The notes under the pieces are model-generated. The model did not search any database and had not been told where the DNA came from. It saw only the letters and a program-made list of their open reading frames with translations. This document shows, one piece after another, positions 29,051-39,288 of a stretch of 64,000 nucleotides of DNA; position 1 is the first letter of the stretch, and each line of letters begins with the position of its first letter. Source of the DNA: Bacteroidota bacterium (GTDB taxonomy: Bacteria; Bacteroidota; Bacteroidia; UKL13-3); assembly GCA_046314755.1 (NCBI GenBank), contig JBKDBG010000054.1, positions 115-64,114 of the forward strand. The letters are read 5' to 3'. A program made the translations under genes and the position numbers.

Positions 29051-29690
29051 CCCATCCTTTTTTTATTGCCAACAAAACCGCTTGGGTTTTACTGGTAACA
29101 TGTAACTTTTTATAAATATTAGTGATGTGTGTTCGAACGGTGTGTGGGCTGATAAATAATTTCTCTGCTACACCTTTATAATCCAAACCTTGCACCAACG
29201 CTTTGAGTATATCCATTTCCCGACCAGACAATTCTGGTTGACGGTTACTATGCAAAGCAACCTCCGATTGCATAAGCAACTGTAATGCTTTGCGAGCAAT
29301 ACGCGGACTCATTGGAGAGCCGCCAAATTCAACAATTTGCCAGAGCGCCTCTACAATTTTGTCTACGTTTTCATCTTTAAGTAGGTAACCAATCGCTCCT
29401 GCCTTAATCGCTTCAAAAATTTTATCATCATCATCAAAAACCGTAAGCATTAAAAACTTTGTTTCAGGATATATGCTTGCAGCAATGTTAACTGCCTCAA
29501 TGCCATTCATTATGGGCATATCGATATCCATTAAAACAACATCAATCACCTGCTTTTCTTCTTTTAATTTGGTTAAAAAATCTTCACCATTAGCAGCTAA
29601 AAACGCCACCTCAATATCTTTTAAATAGCTCAACTTTTCTTGTAATGAAACCCTGTTCGGTTGTTTATCATCCACAATTGCAATGCGCAT
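29040..29690 (-). CDS. LuxR/NarL-family response regulator
   Basis: Receiver domain (IVDD...LMDIDMP...KD) plus a C-terminal HTH_LuxR (LSGREMDILKALVQGLDYKGVAEKLFISPHTVRTHITNIYKKL). I prefer the start at MRIAIVDD; the ORF opens at 29714. Confidence 0.85.
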   Translation of the reverse strand: MRIAIVDDKQPNRVSLQEKLSYLKDIEVAFLAANGEDFLTKLKEEKQVIDVVLMDIDMPIMNGIEAVNIAASIYPETKFLMLTVFDDDDKIFEAIKAGAIGYLLKDENVDKIVEALWQIVEFGGSPMSPRIARKALQLLMQSEVALHSNRQPELSGREMDILKALVQGLDYKGVAEKLFISPHTVRTHITNIYKKLHVTSKTQAVLLAIKKGWVNH

Positions 29691-29755
29691 AATTTTGTTG
29701 TTTTTTTTCATCAAAAGTGCTGTTATGTAAGGTTTTATTCAATACTGCAAATGCG

Positions 29756-32700
29756 CTATTTTAATGTAATGGTCAATGTTGTTCCCTTGTTAATTTCGGA
29801 GGCAACAACAAGTTCTGCATTCGTTTCTTTGGCTCTTGCTTCCATATTTAGCAGCCCGTAGTGCCCTTTTTGTTTTGCTTGTTCCCAATCAAAACCTACT
29901 CCATCGTCTTTTATTACAAAACTAAACAGGGCTTGTTGATCGGATTGAAAGTGGATGTGAATGTTTTTACTTTTAGCATGTTTAAGGCAGTTGTTAAACG
30001 CCTCCTGACAAACTCGAAATAAGTTCAAAGCAACTGAAGGAGATAGTTCCTTGTTTGGTAAAATCTGTTCGGAAAAATAAACCTGAACACTTTTATCAAA
30101 CTCCAACATTTTAAGTGCAAATTGTTTAAAGCGATCTGCAAAATCATCTATTTTTAAGCTGGTGTTACTAATTGCCCAAATGGTTTGTCGTAGAGTTAAT
30201 ATCGCATTTCGTCCGGCTTCGCTCATGGCCTGTAGGCGTTGTTGTTCATCTTGTTCTGCAAGCCTTTCGGGGTGTTGTAACATCCACTCTGCATTGGTAA
30301 TTAAATAGCTGAGTTGTGCTCCCACATTATCATGCAAATCGCGAGAAATGCGCAAGCGTTCTTTTTCCAGTTTTTGTTGTACTTGCAATTCTTGTTGTAA
30401 CTTAAGTTGTTGCCGTTTGATATAGGCATAAAATACGCCACCAATTGCCACAAAGCCCATTAAACCCATTACCAAATAAAACCAAGTACGTTGCCAAAAT
30501 GGAGGAATAATAGAGATAAAAATATTGCGTGGTTGTTTGTTCCAATACCCATCGGCATTGGCGGCCATTATTTGAAACACATAATTGCCCGGAGGTAAGT
30601 TGGCATAACGAGCAAAATGTTTTGTGCCACTCTGTATCCAATTTTTATCATAACCGGTTAATTTATATTGATAAATGTTGCTTTCGGGTTGGCTGAATTC
30701 CAATGCCGAAAAATCGAAAGACAACGTATTTTCTAAATAAGACAATGTGAGTGATTGAATTTCGTTGTAAGCAGTATCCCTTTTGTATGGTATATCACCC
30801 AATAGTATTTCGTTAATGGCAACTTGTGGAGCATTTTTGTTTTCAATTACATGGCTTGGGTCTATAACGTTTACACCATTTACACCACCAAAATACAACA
30901 GACCACTATTATCTTTATGATATGCCCCTGTGTTAAACTCATTGCTTTGAAGGCCATCTTTTACACCATATTGTTTAAAGGTTTTGGTTAACGGATTATA
31001 AACAGATAGGCCTTTATTGTGGCTCATCCAAAATCGCCCCTGATTATCTTCCAAAATTCCATAAATAAAATCATCGGGTAAACCATCTGTAATCTCAAAT
31101 TTTTGCAACACATTACCTATCGCATCCATTAAGTACAAGCCTACTCCGGCACCCACCCACACAAATTTTTTATCTTTTGATAAACAAAGTGTTTTTATAA
31201 ATGCCTTAAAAGGCGGTCTCTTCCATTGTTTGGTTTTAGGATTAAATAAACAAACAAACCTAGTTGTGCCTACCCACCATGCAGTATCATTAACAATAGT
31301 AAAGCAGGTTATTATGCTATCCATATTGTTAAACTTGAAAAGCAACTTCCCTTTTCCTGATGGTTGTATTTCATAAAAAGACAAATCGCTACTTAAATAA
31401 AGTTTGTTATTGTAACAATGAAAAAAGGGATACGCACAATACCCTTTATTTTTATAATGAAAAACATCTGTCCGGCTAATTTCCTTTTTTGTAATTGGAT
31501 TAAGCTCTTTTAAATATCTATCATTAACCACAAAATAGCGCTTATTCCAAAAGGCTTGCGCCAATACATGTGCATGTTCGTCATTCAATTTTCCAAATTT
31601 GAATTGATCACTTTTACCATTGGCTTTATAGGTTACAATTCCTTCAGCATACATACCAGTGTATATATTATGTGCGGCATCGCTGGTAATACTTTTAACT
31701 AATTTGGTACGTGATACCGAACTGTTATAGTGCTTAAACTTATTTCGGTATGGAGATAAACACCTTACTCCATCACCATTGGTGCATACCCATAAGTTTC
31801 CTGTGCGGTCAACCCGTAATTTTTGAATATAATAAAAACCTACCCTCTCTGTTTTGTTAAAAGAGGTAATGCGCTCCTCAAATTCATTTGTTTCAGCATT
31901 ATAAATAAACAAACCACTGCTGCTGCCAAAGTAAATTTTACCTTGCCACCATGTTAATGATGTAGAGGAAAGTGTATTTAGTTTTTCGGAAAACTCGTTT
32001 GATGTTAGTGGTTTTACTTCGAACCGATTTGAGTGAACATGGTAATAGTAAATGTTTTTTTTATCAAGCGAACAAATTGTACTATCATTATACTTCATAA
32101 AACTACCAGTAAACGTATGAGGACCGTTAATAATCTCAACCTTATCGGTTTGAATATTTATCCTAAACCAAGTTGTAAGGCTATCGTTTAAGTAACCTAT
32201 AATGTAATCCTTAATTCGTATACTAGTTCTTATAGAAGATACGGAAAACTTACTTGCTGTAACTTTTAAACGCTTTTCCTCGCGAAAAGTATTCAAATTA
32301 ATAGCGAGTAATTCTTGACTACCTGAAATACTCCACACTCTTCCTTTTGGGTCTTCACCCAAAATAGTGGTGTAACTTTCCCCATTTCCATTGGCAATAG
32401 CCATTTCAAAAATCACGTTTTTAAAACAATCCAAAGTTCGGTTGTAAATGCTTACACCCTTATTATGGCTTATCCATAAATTATGTTTGCTATCCTCATA
32501 AAACCTAAAAGAGGTATTACCTAATAATGTGGTGCTATCTTTACTATTCCATTTATAATGGTGCATTTTATACCCATCAAACCGATTTACACCATCGGCC
32601 GTGCCAAACCACATAAATCCTTTATAATCTTGAAATGCATCCCAAACGGTGTTTTGCGCAAGGCCATTGTCAACGGTATAAGAGGTATAATTCCTAAGAT

Positions 32701-32758
32701 GCTGGGAGTTCAGGTTAAAGCATGATAATATAAACAGAAGAGTGGTTACTCGTCTCAT
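29756..32758 (-). CDS. Sensor histidine kinase with two-component-regulator propeller repeats, a Y_Y_Y-type domain, a TM segment, and HisKA_3/HATPase domains
   Basis: Signal peptide and many beta-propeller blades (GLxxNxV..D..G.lW.gT pattern), then one TM. The H-box is RISRDLHDNVGAQLS and the HATPase is DDGVGF. I prefer the start at MRRVTTLL; the ORF opens at 32794. Confidence 0.85.
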   Translation of the reverse strand: MRRVTTLLFILSCFNLNSQHLRNYTSYTVDNGLAQNTVWDAFQDYKGFMWFGTADGVNRFDGYKMHHYKWNSKDSTTLLGNTSFRFYEDSKHNLWISHNKGVSIYNRTLDCFKNVIFEMAIANGNGESYTTILGEDPKGRVWSISGSQELLAINLNTFREEKRLKVTASKFSVSSIRTSIRIKDYIIGYLNDSLTTWFRINIQTDKVEIINGPHTFTGSFMKYNDSTICSLDKKNIYYYHVHSNRFEVKPLTSNEFSEKLNTLSSTSLTWWQGKIYFGSSSGLFIYNAETNEFEERITSFNKTERVGFYYIQKLRVDRTGNLWVCTNGDGVRCLSPYRNKFKHYNSSVSRTKLVKSITSDAAHNIYTGMYAEGIVTYKANGKSDQFKFGKLNDEHAHVLAQAFWNKRYFVVNDRYLKELNPITKKEISRTDVFHYKNKGYCAYPFFHCYNNKLYLSSDLSFYEIQPSGKGKLLFKFNNMDSIITCFTIVNDTAWWVGTTRFVCLFNPKTKQWKRPPFKAFIKTLCLSKDKKFVWVGAGVGLYLMDAIGNVLQKFEITDGLPDDFIYGILEDNQGRFWMSHNKGLSVYNPLTKTFKQYGVKDGLQSNEFNTGAYHKDNSGLLYFGGVNGVNVIDPSHVIENKNAPQVAINEILLGDIPYKRDTAYNEIQSLTLSYLENTLSFDFSALEFSQPESNIYQYKLTGYDKNWIQSGTKHFARYANLPPGNYVFQIMAANADGYWNKQPRNIFISIIPPFWQRTWFYLVMGLMGFVAIGGVFYAYIKRQQLKLQQELQVQQKLEKERLRISRDLHDNVGAQLSYLITNAEWMLQHPERLAEQDEQQRLQAMSEAGRNAILTLRQTIWAISNTSLKIDDFADRFKQFALKMLEFDKSVQVYFSEQILPNKELSPSVALNLFRVCQEAFNNCLKHAKSKNIHIHFQSDQQALFSFVIKDDGVGFDWEQAKQKGHYGLLNMEARAKETNAELVVASEINKGTTLTITLK

Positions 32759-32859
32759 TTCACGGTTGATTAGGGTTGTGTGAATATACAGCATTTGATG
32801 TATTTACCAAGTGGTGTTTATAATAGTCCTTTGTGTTTCATCAATTAAAAAACACCTTT

Positions 32860-34122
32860 ATGAAAAAACTTCTTCTTATTATTCTATTGGGCCTAACCAG
32901 TAAAATTACCTTCAGCCAATGGACAAACTTAAATGCATTATCTCTTCCTGGAAATAACGGTTATGATTACAGCATGATGGCCGTTAGTAATACTGGTAAA
33001 AACATAGCCGCATATTGTATAAAATATGAATTTGGCTCGCCAACTCCGGTTACTCACAAATATGTTATATCGAAAGACTTTGGCGTTACATGGACAGAAC
33101 AAACGGCCCCGGGGCAAGTTCCCGGACAAATGTTTTGGGTAAGTGATGTTTTGTTTGTAAAAGAAACCCTATCAGACACCTTAAAAAAATCAACAGACTT
33201 TGGGGCTACTTTTTCTTACCAAGGAACCAAAAGACTATCATTAGGCTCTAAAATTGCCGTGATAAACCCCAGCAAATGGCTGTTTCAACAAAACGTTTCT
33301 GGCTCCTATAAGCTATTTGTCTCAACCGACCAAGGCACTACTTGGACTGAGCAAACCTCGTTGACTGTATTAACCGCACCGAATTTTTCATCCTTCGTTG
33401 TGCTTTCCAACGGAACAATTGTTTCGGTTGGTGCAACCGGTGCGAAGGTGGTTTATTCTTCCGATGATGGAAACACCTGGTTAGAAGGCACATTGCCCGA
33501 AATAATTGGCGCATATGAGCACCGCATTAACCTTACTCCCAATGGAGAATTGCTGATGTTTGTAGGAAACCCGTTTGAGCCCAAAATTATAAAATCAACA
33601 GACAATGGAGTTACATGGCAAAACGTAAGTACGAACATGCCAAACACGGCAACTGCGCTTTTATACCAAGGCAATGATATTATTTGTTTATGTAAAGATG
33701 CATCAACACATAAAAGTACTGACAATGGAGCAACCTTTACTCAAATAAGCGCCCCAAATGAACTTTATACATCAGGCATTTTTGGCAGTAAGACGCTTGA
33801 AAAATCAACCGACAACTTGTTTACCTGTGGTTCAAACAAAATTTATCGATATGGACCAAGCTCGCAAACAGGATTGTTAACAAATAAAAAGGAAGAGCTT
33901 ACTTTCACTCTATTCCCCAACCCTGCAAGCTCGTTCGTACAATTAAGTTCCACTAGCGATATTGTAATACAAAGCATTGTTCTAATGAATGCAAACGGAC
34001 AAAAAATAAAAGAGGTAAACCCAGGGGCAATTGTGGACATAAGTGGCATACCGGCAGGAATGTATTTCGTGCAAGTTTTGTCTAATAACGGATTATCTAC
34101 CCAAAGATTCATCAAACAATAA
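32860..34122 (+). CDS. T9SS type A sorting-domain protein with BNR/Asp-box repeats
   Basis: Signal peptide and six S-x-D-x-G-x-T-W/F boxes (SKDFGVTW, STDFGATF, STDQGTTW, SDDGNTW, STDNGVTW, STDNGATF). The C-terminal tail reads LFPNPA...GMYFVQV. ATG at 32860. Confidence 0.75.
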   Translation: MKKLLLIILLGLTSKITFSQWTNLNALSLPGNNGYDYSMMAVSNTGKNIAAYCIKYEFGSPTPVTHKYVISKDFGVTWTEQTAPGQVPGQMFWVSDVLFVKETLSDTLKKSTDFGATFSYQGTKRLSLGSKIAVINPSKWLFQQNVSGSYKLFVSTDQGTTWTEQTSLTVLTAPNFSSFVVLSNGTIVSVGATGAKVVYSSDDGNTWLEGTLPEIIGAYEHRINLTPNGELLMFVGNPFEPKIIKSTDNGVTWQNVSTNMPNTATALLYQGNDIICLCKDASTHKSTDNGATFTQISAPNELYTSGIFGSKTLEKSTDNLFTCGSNKIYRYGPSSQTGLLTNKKEELTFTLFPNPASSFVQLSSTSDIVIQSIVLMNANGQKIKEVNPGAIVDISGIPAGMYFVQVLSNNGLSTQRFIKQ

Positions 34123-34238
34123 ATACGAGTCAAATATTTTCAGGTTATATATCGAAAGAGAGATTGGTGCTTGTTACGAATAGATGATTATTACCTGAAA
34201 CTTATTTGACCAAAACACCAACCCTTTAATTTAATAAA

Positions 34239-34685
34239 ATGAAAAAACTAATTTTACCTTTAATGGCAGTTGCATTAATTGCCTGCAGCAAATCCGAAGA
34301 TGATGCTGCCAAAACAGACCCCAACGCTCAGGTTGAAGTAACCAAAGCTAATTTGGTGGGCACATGGAATATCACTAAAATTGAAGGCTTTGCCATTCCG
34401 GGAGATTCACTTTTTCAAACCATGAACTTTAATCCCGGTTCAGCAACCTTTACCATAACAAGTGATAATAAGTATACAACGGTTTCCGGATTTGGAACAA
34501 GCTCCGGAGACTATGTATTAACCACTGTTAATGGAAAGAACCTGCTAATACTTTTAGAACCAGGAGACCCTGCTGATACAGCGGAGGTGCTGAGTTTAAC
34601 TAAGAACTCAATGGTAACAACCGATAAACAACAAGAGTTAAACGAAGGTGATGATGAATACACAAAAACCTATTTATCAAGATAA
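34239..34685 (+). CDS. Small lipoprotein, lipocalin-like
   Basis: Lipobox (LIACS) and a LVGTWNITKIEG motif typical of lipocalin-like beta-barrels. 148 aa. Confidence 0.5.
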   Translation: MKKLILPLMAVALIACSKSEDDAAKTDPNAQVEVTKANLVGTWNITKIEGFAIPGDSLFQTMNFNPGSATFTITSDNKYTTVSGFGTSSGDYVLTTVNGKNLLILLEPGDPADTAEVLSLTKNSMVTTDKQQELNEGDDEYTKTYLSR

Positions 34686-34687
34686 CA

Positions 34688-34722
34688 AAAGGGCTGTTCG
34701 AATGGGCAGCCCTTTTTCTTCG
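34688..34722 (+). terminator. Rho-independent terminator
   Basis: Stem AAAGGGCTG/CAGCCCTTT, loop TTCGAATGG, then TTTCTTCGTTT. Confidence 0.7.
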
Positions 34723-34798
34723 TTTAAATACAGCAGATGCGGTATTGATTTAATTTGATAACAAAGGCAAATTTGAATCACTAAAATTCAAGTGTGAA

Positions 34799-36493
34799 AT
34801 GAAGAAATCAATCCTAACATGTGTAGCAGCCCTAATGGGTTTTGTTTTACAGGCACAGGTAGAAATTACCACCAAAAGTTTTGAATTAGCCAGCCAAAAC
34901 AAACATAAAAACTGGAGCATTATTGATGCCGGTAGAGACAGCATAACCAATGAGATTTATATCAAATTTGCCCAATCAATTTGTGATGTAAACAAAAACA
35001 TGTGGACGGGTACAAGAACTTACAAAGGACTTAAATGGAATATCGACAAGTTGGTTTTTTCTAACTCCTATGATTACACAAGAACAGACTCAAAAAAATA
35101 CGAGTCGTCAGAAGAGGCTTTATTAAACAACGAATTTGTGTTCGGCAAAACATTCATGCCAACATTTGTAAATATAGGCAAAAGCGTGTGGCAAGGTGGG
35201 GCAAACTTACCGCGCCCACTTAACAACTCCTTTATGTTTACTGATGTGGTTACTGGCTCTGCGGGCATTTCCGGTTTTAAAGTAAATATTTCAAGCGTTG
35301 GTTGTCAGCCATTGGCAAATGATACTAAAACCCAAGGGTCTTTATGTGGTGAGGTTCCCATCATTGAGAACATATCCTCGGTTGACGCAAAAGAGGAAAA
35401 AGGCCAAAAATGGTACCCGTTATATAATAATCCGGTGCCCAACGGTGGAAACATTTTATTTTCAACGGTAGGTGTAAATCCTGATCCCAATAAAGCACAC
35501 TACGTGTTTAGAAAATACAATGAAAACGGAACAGTTCTTAAAGAATTAACATTTAGTTACAATTACCAATGTTTACCAACGGTAAAGGAAATAGAAAAAG
35601 CACCCGGAGTTTTTGACTACATCATTGTTATGAAACCGTTTTTCTACAAAAAATCAAAACAACCTACAACCAATCCGTTAAATTTCGAATACATTAGGGT
35701 TGATGGAGAAGCATTTGATGTGAAAGAGCGCTTAAATATTGAGGCTGTTTATGGTAATTGGGCAATTGAGCAAGTGAAAGAGGTTGGTGGTGCTGTTTAT
35801 ATTGTTGGGAATAGTTCAACCGAAAAAACCTCGTTTGCAACGTTTGATGCTTTTAAAATAAAAGAATTTCCTGCGCTACAAATTGCCAAAATAAGTAATG
35901 GCAAAGTTGATTATGTAAGAGCACTTAACAACGTTGATTTAATAGGAAAAATACAAGTTGTTCAGGGGGTTAAGGGCAAAGTTGAGCCGTGGTTATATTT
36001 TATGGATGTACAAATTCACGCCCAAAACGGCAACCTTTTTATCTCTGGACAAACCGTAAAATCAATAAACAGCAAAGCAGAGCAAGATCGCTCCGCTATT
36101 GTTACCATAATACTTTCATCTACCGGAGAGCTTATTACTTATTTAGCCAAACCCGAAGATGGATATTCGCGTTTTAACCTTCATTTTAGTAAAGATGGCA
36201 AAAGCTTTTACTGGTCGTTTTTTGATTTTGCAGAATACAATAAAATGTTGAATGAAAATGGCGCTATGCTTGCCAAGCACAAATTGGGTTTAATGAGCGG
36301 ACTAGGCATTTGTAAATACGACTTAATGAGCAATGGGTTAACCCCTTTTAAATCATTTATTAACGATGAGTGGGTACTCGGATTTTCTAATCCAATATTA
36401 TTTGAAAATGAAGATGAGATTGTTTTTCAGGCAAAAAAACTCACCAAAAAAGCAAAAGAAGGCGAAATAGTATTTGTAACACTAAAAAAATAA
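34799..36493 (+). CDS. Hypothetical secreted protein (564 aa), no recognisable domain
   Basis: Signal peptide (VLQAQ) and a long ORF with ordinary coding composition. No motif recognised. Confidence 0.5.
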   Translation: MKKSILTCVAALMGFVLQAQVEITTKSFELASQNKHKNWSIIDAGRDSITNEIYIKFAQSICDVNKNMWTGTRTYKGLKWNIDKLVFSNSYDYTRTDSKKYESSEEALLNNEFVFGKTFMPTFVNIGKSVWQGGANLPRPLNNSFMFTDVVTGSAGISGFKVNISSVGCQPLANDTKTQGSLCGEVPIIENISSVDAKEEKGQKWYPLYNNPVPNGGNILFSTVGVNPDPNKAHYVFRKYNENGTVLKELTFSYNYQCLPTVKEIEKAPGVFDYIIVMKPFFYKKSKQPTTNPLNFEYIRVDGEAFDVKERLNIEAVYGNWAIEQVKEVGGAVYIVGNSSTEKTSFATFDAFKIKEFPALQIAKISNGKVDYVRALNNVDLIGKIQVVQGVKGKVEPWLYFMDVQIHAQNGNLFISGQTVKSINSKAEQDRSAIVTIILSSTGELITYLAKPEDGYSRFNLHFSKDGKSFYWSFFDFAEYNKMLNENGAMLAKHKLGLMSGLGICKYDLMSNGLTPFKSFINDEWVLGFSNPILFENEDEIVFQAKKLTKKAKEGEIVFVTLKK

Positions 36494-36498
36494 AAATC

Positions 36499-37191
36499 GT
36501 GCCTAAATCAATCGCCAAAAAATTCCTTTTAAGTGCCTTTTGTTTTTACGGTCTTATTGCATCGGCCCAGTATGACCAGTTGCACATATCGTTGTATCAA
36601 TTTTCAGCCGGAAAAGCCGAATTAGCAACCAACAACAATTATTCGTTCTCTGTTAAAAATCCAATGCTTAAAGTAGATTGGGTTTCATCAGACTTTGGTT
36701 GGGTTACCGGAGATTTTACCGTAGCCGTTAATATTGATTGGGGCGGAACGGTTAATTCTCCGCCAGAGGTACATGGTTCAATTGCGGATGTGGATTTTGG
36801 ATTTTATTTAAATCCAGGAAAACCCATTAAAATATTAGGGACAGAAACCCGAATAGGCTTAGGTTTTCTAGGAGGATTTGAAACTGCTGGGTTCAATAGT
36901 GGCGGCATTACCTTTCCTGGTGCAAGTCTTTCTGTTTTAACCAAACTGGGAGAAAGGTTTGTTATAAACACACGCTATCATCACAGTGTTTTTTATAACA
37001 ACCAAGACTCAAAAGAATATGGAAAGAACACCAAACTGCAGTTTAATGTAAGCTATAAACTGCTTAACTGGTTTGGTTTTACATTATCGCCTAATGTTGA
37101 AACTTACAAATTAGCAAGTCGGCCTTCAGGAGCAGCAGCAAAAGGGGCCAACTACCTTTCGTTAGATTTGGGCATGTCATTTTTTTGGTAA
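36499..37191 (+). CDS. Hypothetical outer-membrane beta-barrel-like protein
   Basis: GTG start 6 nt after the previous gene. It has a signal peptide (IASAQ), alternating strand pattern and a C-terminal ...GMSFFW. Confidence 0.4.
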   Translation: MPKSIAKKFLLSAFCFYGLIASAQYDQLHISLYQFSAGKAELATNNNYSFSVKNPMLKVDWVSSDFGWVTGDFTVAVNIDWGGTVNSPPEVHGSIADVDFGFYLNPGKPIKILGTETRIGLGFLGGFETAGFNSGGITFPGASLSVLTKLGERFVINTRYHHSVFYNNQDSKEYGKNTKLQFNVSYKLLNWFGFTLSPNVETYKLASRPSGAAAKGANYLSLDLGMSFFW

Positions 37192-37286
37192 CGAATTGGC
37201 AGAGGCTAATTCGTGTTAAGTTTGTGTGGTGTTTTTTCGTTTGCACCAAAAATGTATTTGCTTAAATTGCACACAAATAAAAATAT

Positions 37287-38075
37287 ATGACCAACTTTAA
37301 GGTTCGTACCATGGCCGAAGTGGCCTCTGCAGGCGAAGAAGCTGAAATTTTATTTTGGGTGGGTTGTGCCGGAAGTTTTGATGAACGTGCACAAAAAATT
37401 ACCAAAGCCATTGCAAAAATTTTGCATGCAGCAGGTATTAAGTTTGCCATTTTAGGCACAGAAGAAGCATGTACTGGCGATCCGGCAAAACGTGCAGGAA
37501 ATGAATTTTTGTTTCAAATGATGGCCATGCAAAATATTACTACGCTCAACATGTATGGCATTAAAAAAATTGTAACCGGATGCCCGCACTGCTTTAATAC
37601 CCTTAAAAACGAATACCCCGAATTAGGCGGAAACTACGAAGTATTACACCACACTACACTTATTAATCAATTGCTGGAAAGTGGTAAAATTGCCATAAAA
37701 GGCGGTGCTTTTAAAGGACAACGCATTACCTATCACGACAGTTGTTATTTAGGTCGCGCCAATAATATTTATGAAGCACCACGTGAGGTAATTGAGAAAT
37801 TAGACGGGGCTTTGGTTGAAATGAAGCGCAGCAAAGCGAACGGATTATGCTGTGGTGCCGGTGGCGCCCAAATGTTTAAAGATGCTGAAAAAGGCAAGAA
37901 AGAGGTGAACCTAGAGCGTGCCGATGATATGCTTGAGGCGAACCCAAATGTGGTTGCAGCAGCTTGTCCGTTTTGCATGACCATGTTGCGCGATGGTGTA
38001 AAACACCACAATAAGGAACAAGAAGTTGAAGTGAAAGATATTGCCGAGCTTGTTGCTACCGCTATGGATTTGTAG
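37287..38075 (+). CDS. (Fe-S)-binding protein with two cysteine-rich CCG domains (C-terminal partner of the 24828 gene product)
   Basis: CCG-domain cysteine patterns: WVGCAGSFD, GCPHCFNTL, HDSCYLGR, CCGAGG and ACPFCMTML. Confidence 0.85.
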   Translation: MTNFKVRTMAEVASAGEEAEILFWVGCAGSFDERAQKITKAIAKILHAAGIKFAILGTEEACTGDPAKRAGNEFLFQMMAMQNITTLNMYGIKKIVTGCPHCFNTLKNEYPELGGNYEVLHHTTLINQLLESGKIAIKGGAFKGQRITYHDSCYLGRANNIYEAPREVIEKLDGALVEMKRSKANGLCCGAGGAQMFKDAEKGKKEVNLERADDMLEANPNVVAAACPFCMTMLRDGVKHHNKEQEVEVKDIAELVATAMDL

Positions 38076-38076
38076 G

Positions 38077-39264
38077 ATGAGGTTTTTTCATCTGCATATA
38101 AAATATATACTTTTTTTGTGGCTCCTTCTGCCCTTTGCCAAAACTATCGGGCAAATCAACAACAACGCATTAAGCGATGAAATAACTTTAAATGCGGCTG
38201 ACAGCGGAAAGTTTGGTTTTGATCTTACCAACCTAAACTACCTTCGAAATACGGAGTATTTTAATGCTATTGAATTGGGAAGAACCTTGTTTGGCAATCA
38301 ACTCCACCCGCGTTTAACCTATCAACCCAATGCAAACACCACCCTACAAGCCGGTGTTTTTTTACAACATGATTTTGGGGCCACACCTCAATTATCAGAA
38401 ATTTTGCCAACCTTCAGCTTAAAAATTCAAAGTAAAAACAGGAAACGTGCTTTTGTTTTTGGCACGCTCGAAGGGGCTTTGTCACACCAACTTATAGAGC
38501 CTTTGTTCGATATCAATTCGGCAATACTTAGACGGGTTGAAAATGGCGCTCAATTTAAACTCAACACTAAAAATGTTTGGCTGGATACTTGGATAAACTG
38601 GGAACGGTTTATTGAACGCGGTTCTCCCCATAAAGAACAATTTACTGCAGGCTTTAATTCCCACTTTGTGTTGTTTCAAAATGCAACAGAAAACACGAAG
38701 CAACTAAATCCTAATGATGCAGAATTACAATCCGGTAAAAGCGGGCAATTACTCTCAACCATTTTACAGTTTACGGCTCATCACCGTGGTGGACAAATTG
38801 ATGCCGACACTTCAAACATGGTGATGCAATTGAATGGGGCCGCAGGGTTTTCTTATCAACTCACCACACCAAACCAACACAAGATACGAGCCGAAGCTTA
38901 TGGTGTAATTTATCAAGAAAACACCAACAGCGGATTTTATGCGTACCGCAATGGAACTGGTTTTTTAACGCATGTTTCGCTTGAGCAAAATGGCTTTACC
39001 ATCAATCCAACATACTGGTACGGAAATGGTTTTATTGCCGATAGGGGAACAACCATTTATCAATCGGTTTCGTTGGACAAACCCGGCCATGTCGAAAAAA
39101 TACGCCAACTGTTTTTTGTGCGGTTTTTATACGCCAAATCCCTAGGACCGAACTTGCTCCTAAACGCTCGATTTGAGCCTTATTATGATTTAAATAACAG
39201 CTTGTTTGAATTTAGTTACTCCGTATATTTAAGTTACCGTTTTAATAAATCCATCACGCATTAA
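38077..39264 (+). CDS. Hypothetical outer-membrane protein
   Basis: The ATG at 38077 sits immediately after the upstream stop and gives a signal peptide (MRFFHLHIKYILFLWLLLPFAKTIGQ). The sequence is beta-strand rich. No family recognised. Confidence 0.5.
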   Translation: MRFFHLHIKYILFLWLLLPFAKTIGQINNNALSDEITLNAADSGKFGFDLTNLNYLRNTEYFNAIELGRTLFGNQLHPRLTYQPNANTTLQAGVFLQHDFGATPQLSEILPTFSLKIQSKNRKRAFVFGTLEGALSHQLIEPLFDINSAILRRVENGAQFKLNTKNVWLDTWINWERFIERGSPHKEQFTAGFNSHFVLFQNATENTKQLNPNDAELQSGKSGQLLSTILQFTAHHRGGQIDADTSNMVMQLNGAAGFSYQLTTPNQHKIRAEAYGVIYQENTNSGFYAYRNGTGFLTHVSLEQNGFTINPTYWYGNGFIADRGTTIYQSVSLDKPGHVEKIRQLFFVRFLYAKSLGPNLLLNARFEPYYDLNNSLFEFSYSVYLSYRFNKSITH

Positions 39265-39288
39265 GCTAATTTGTTGCATATTTGCAGC

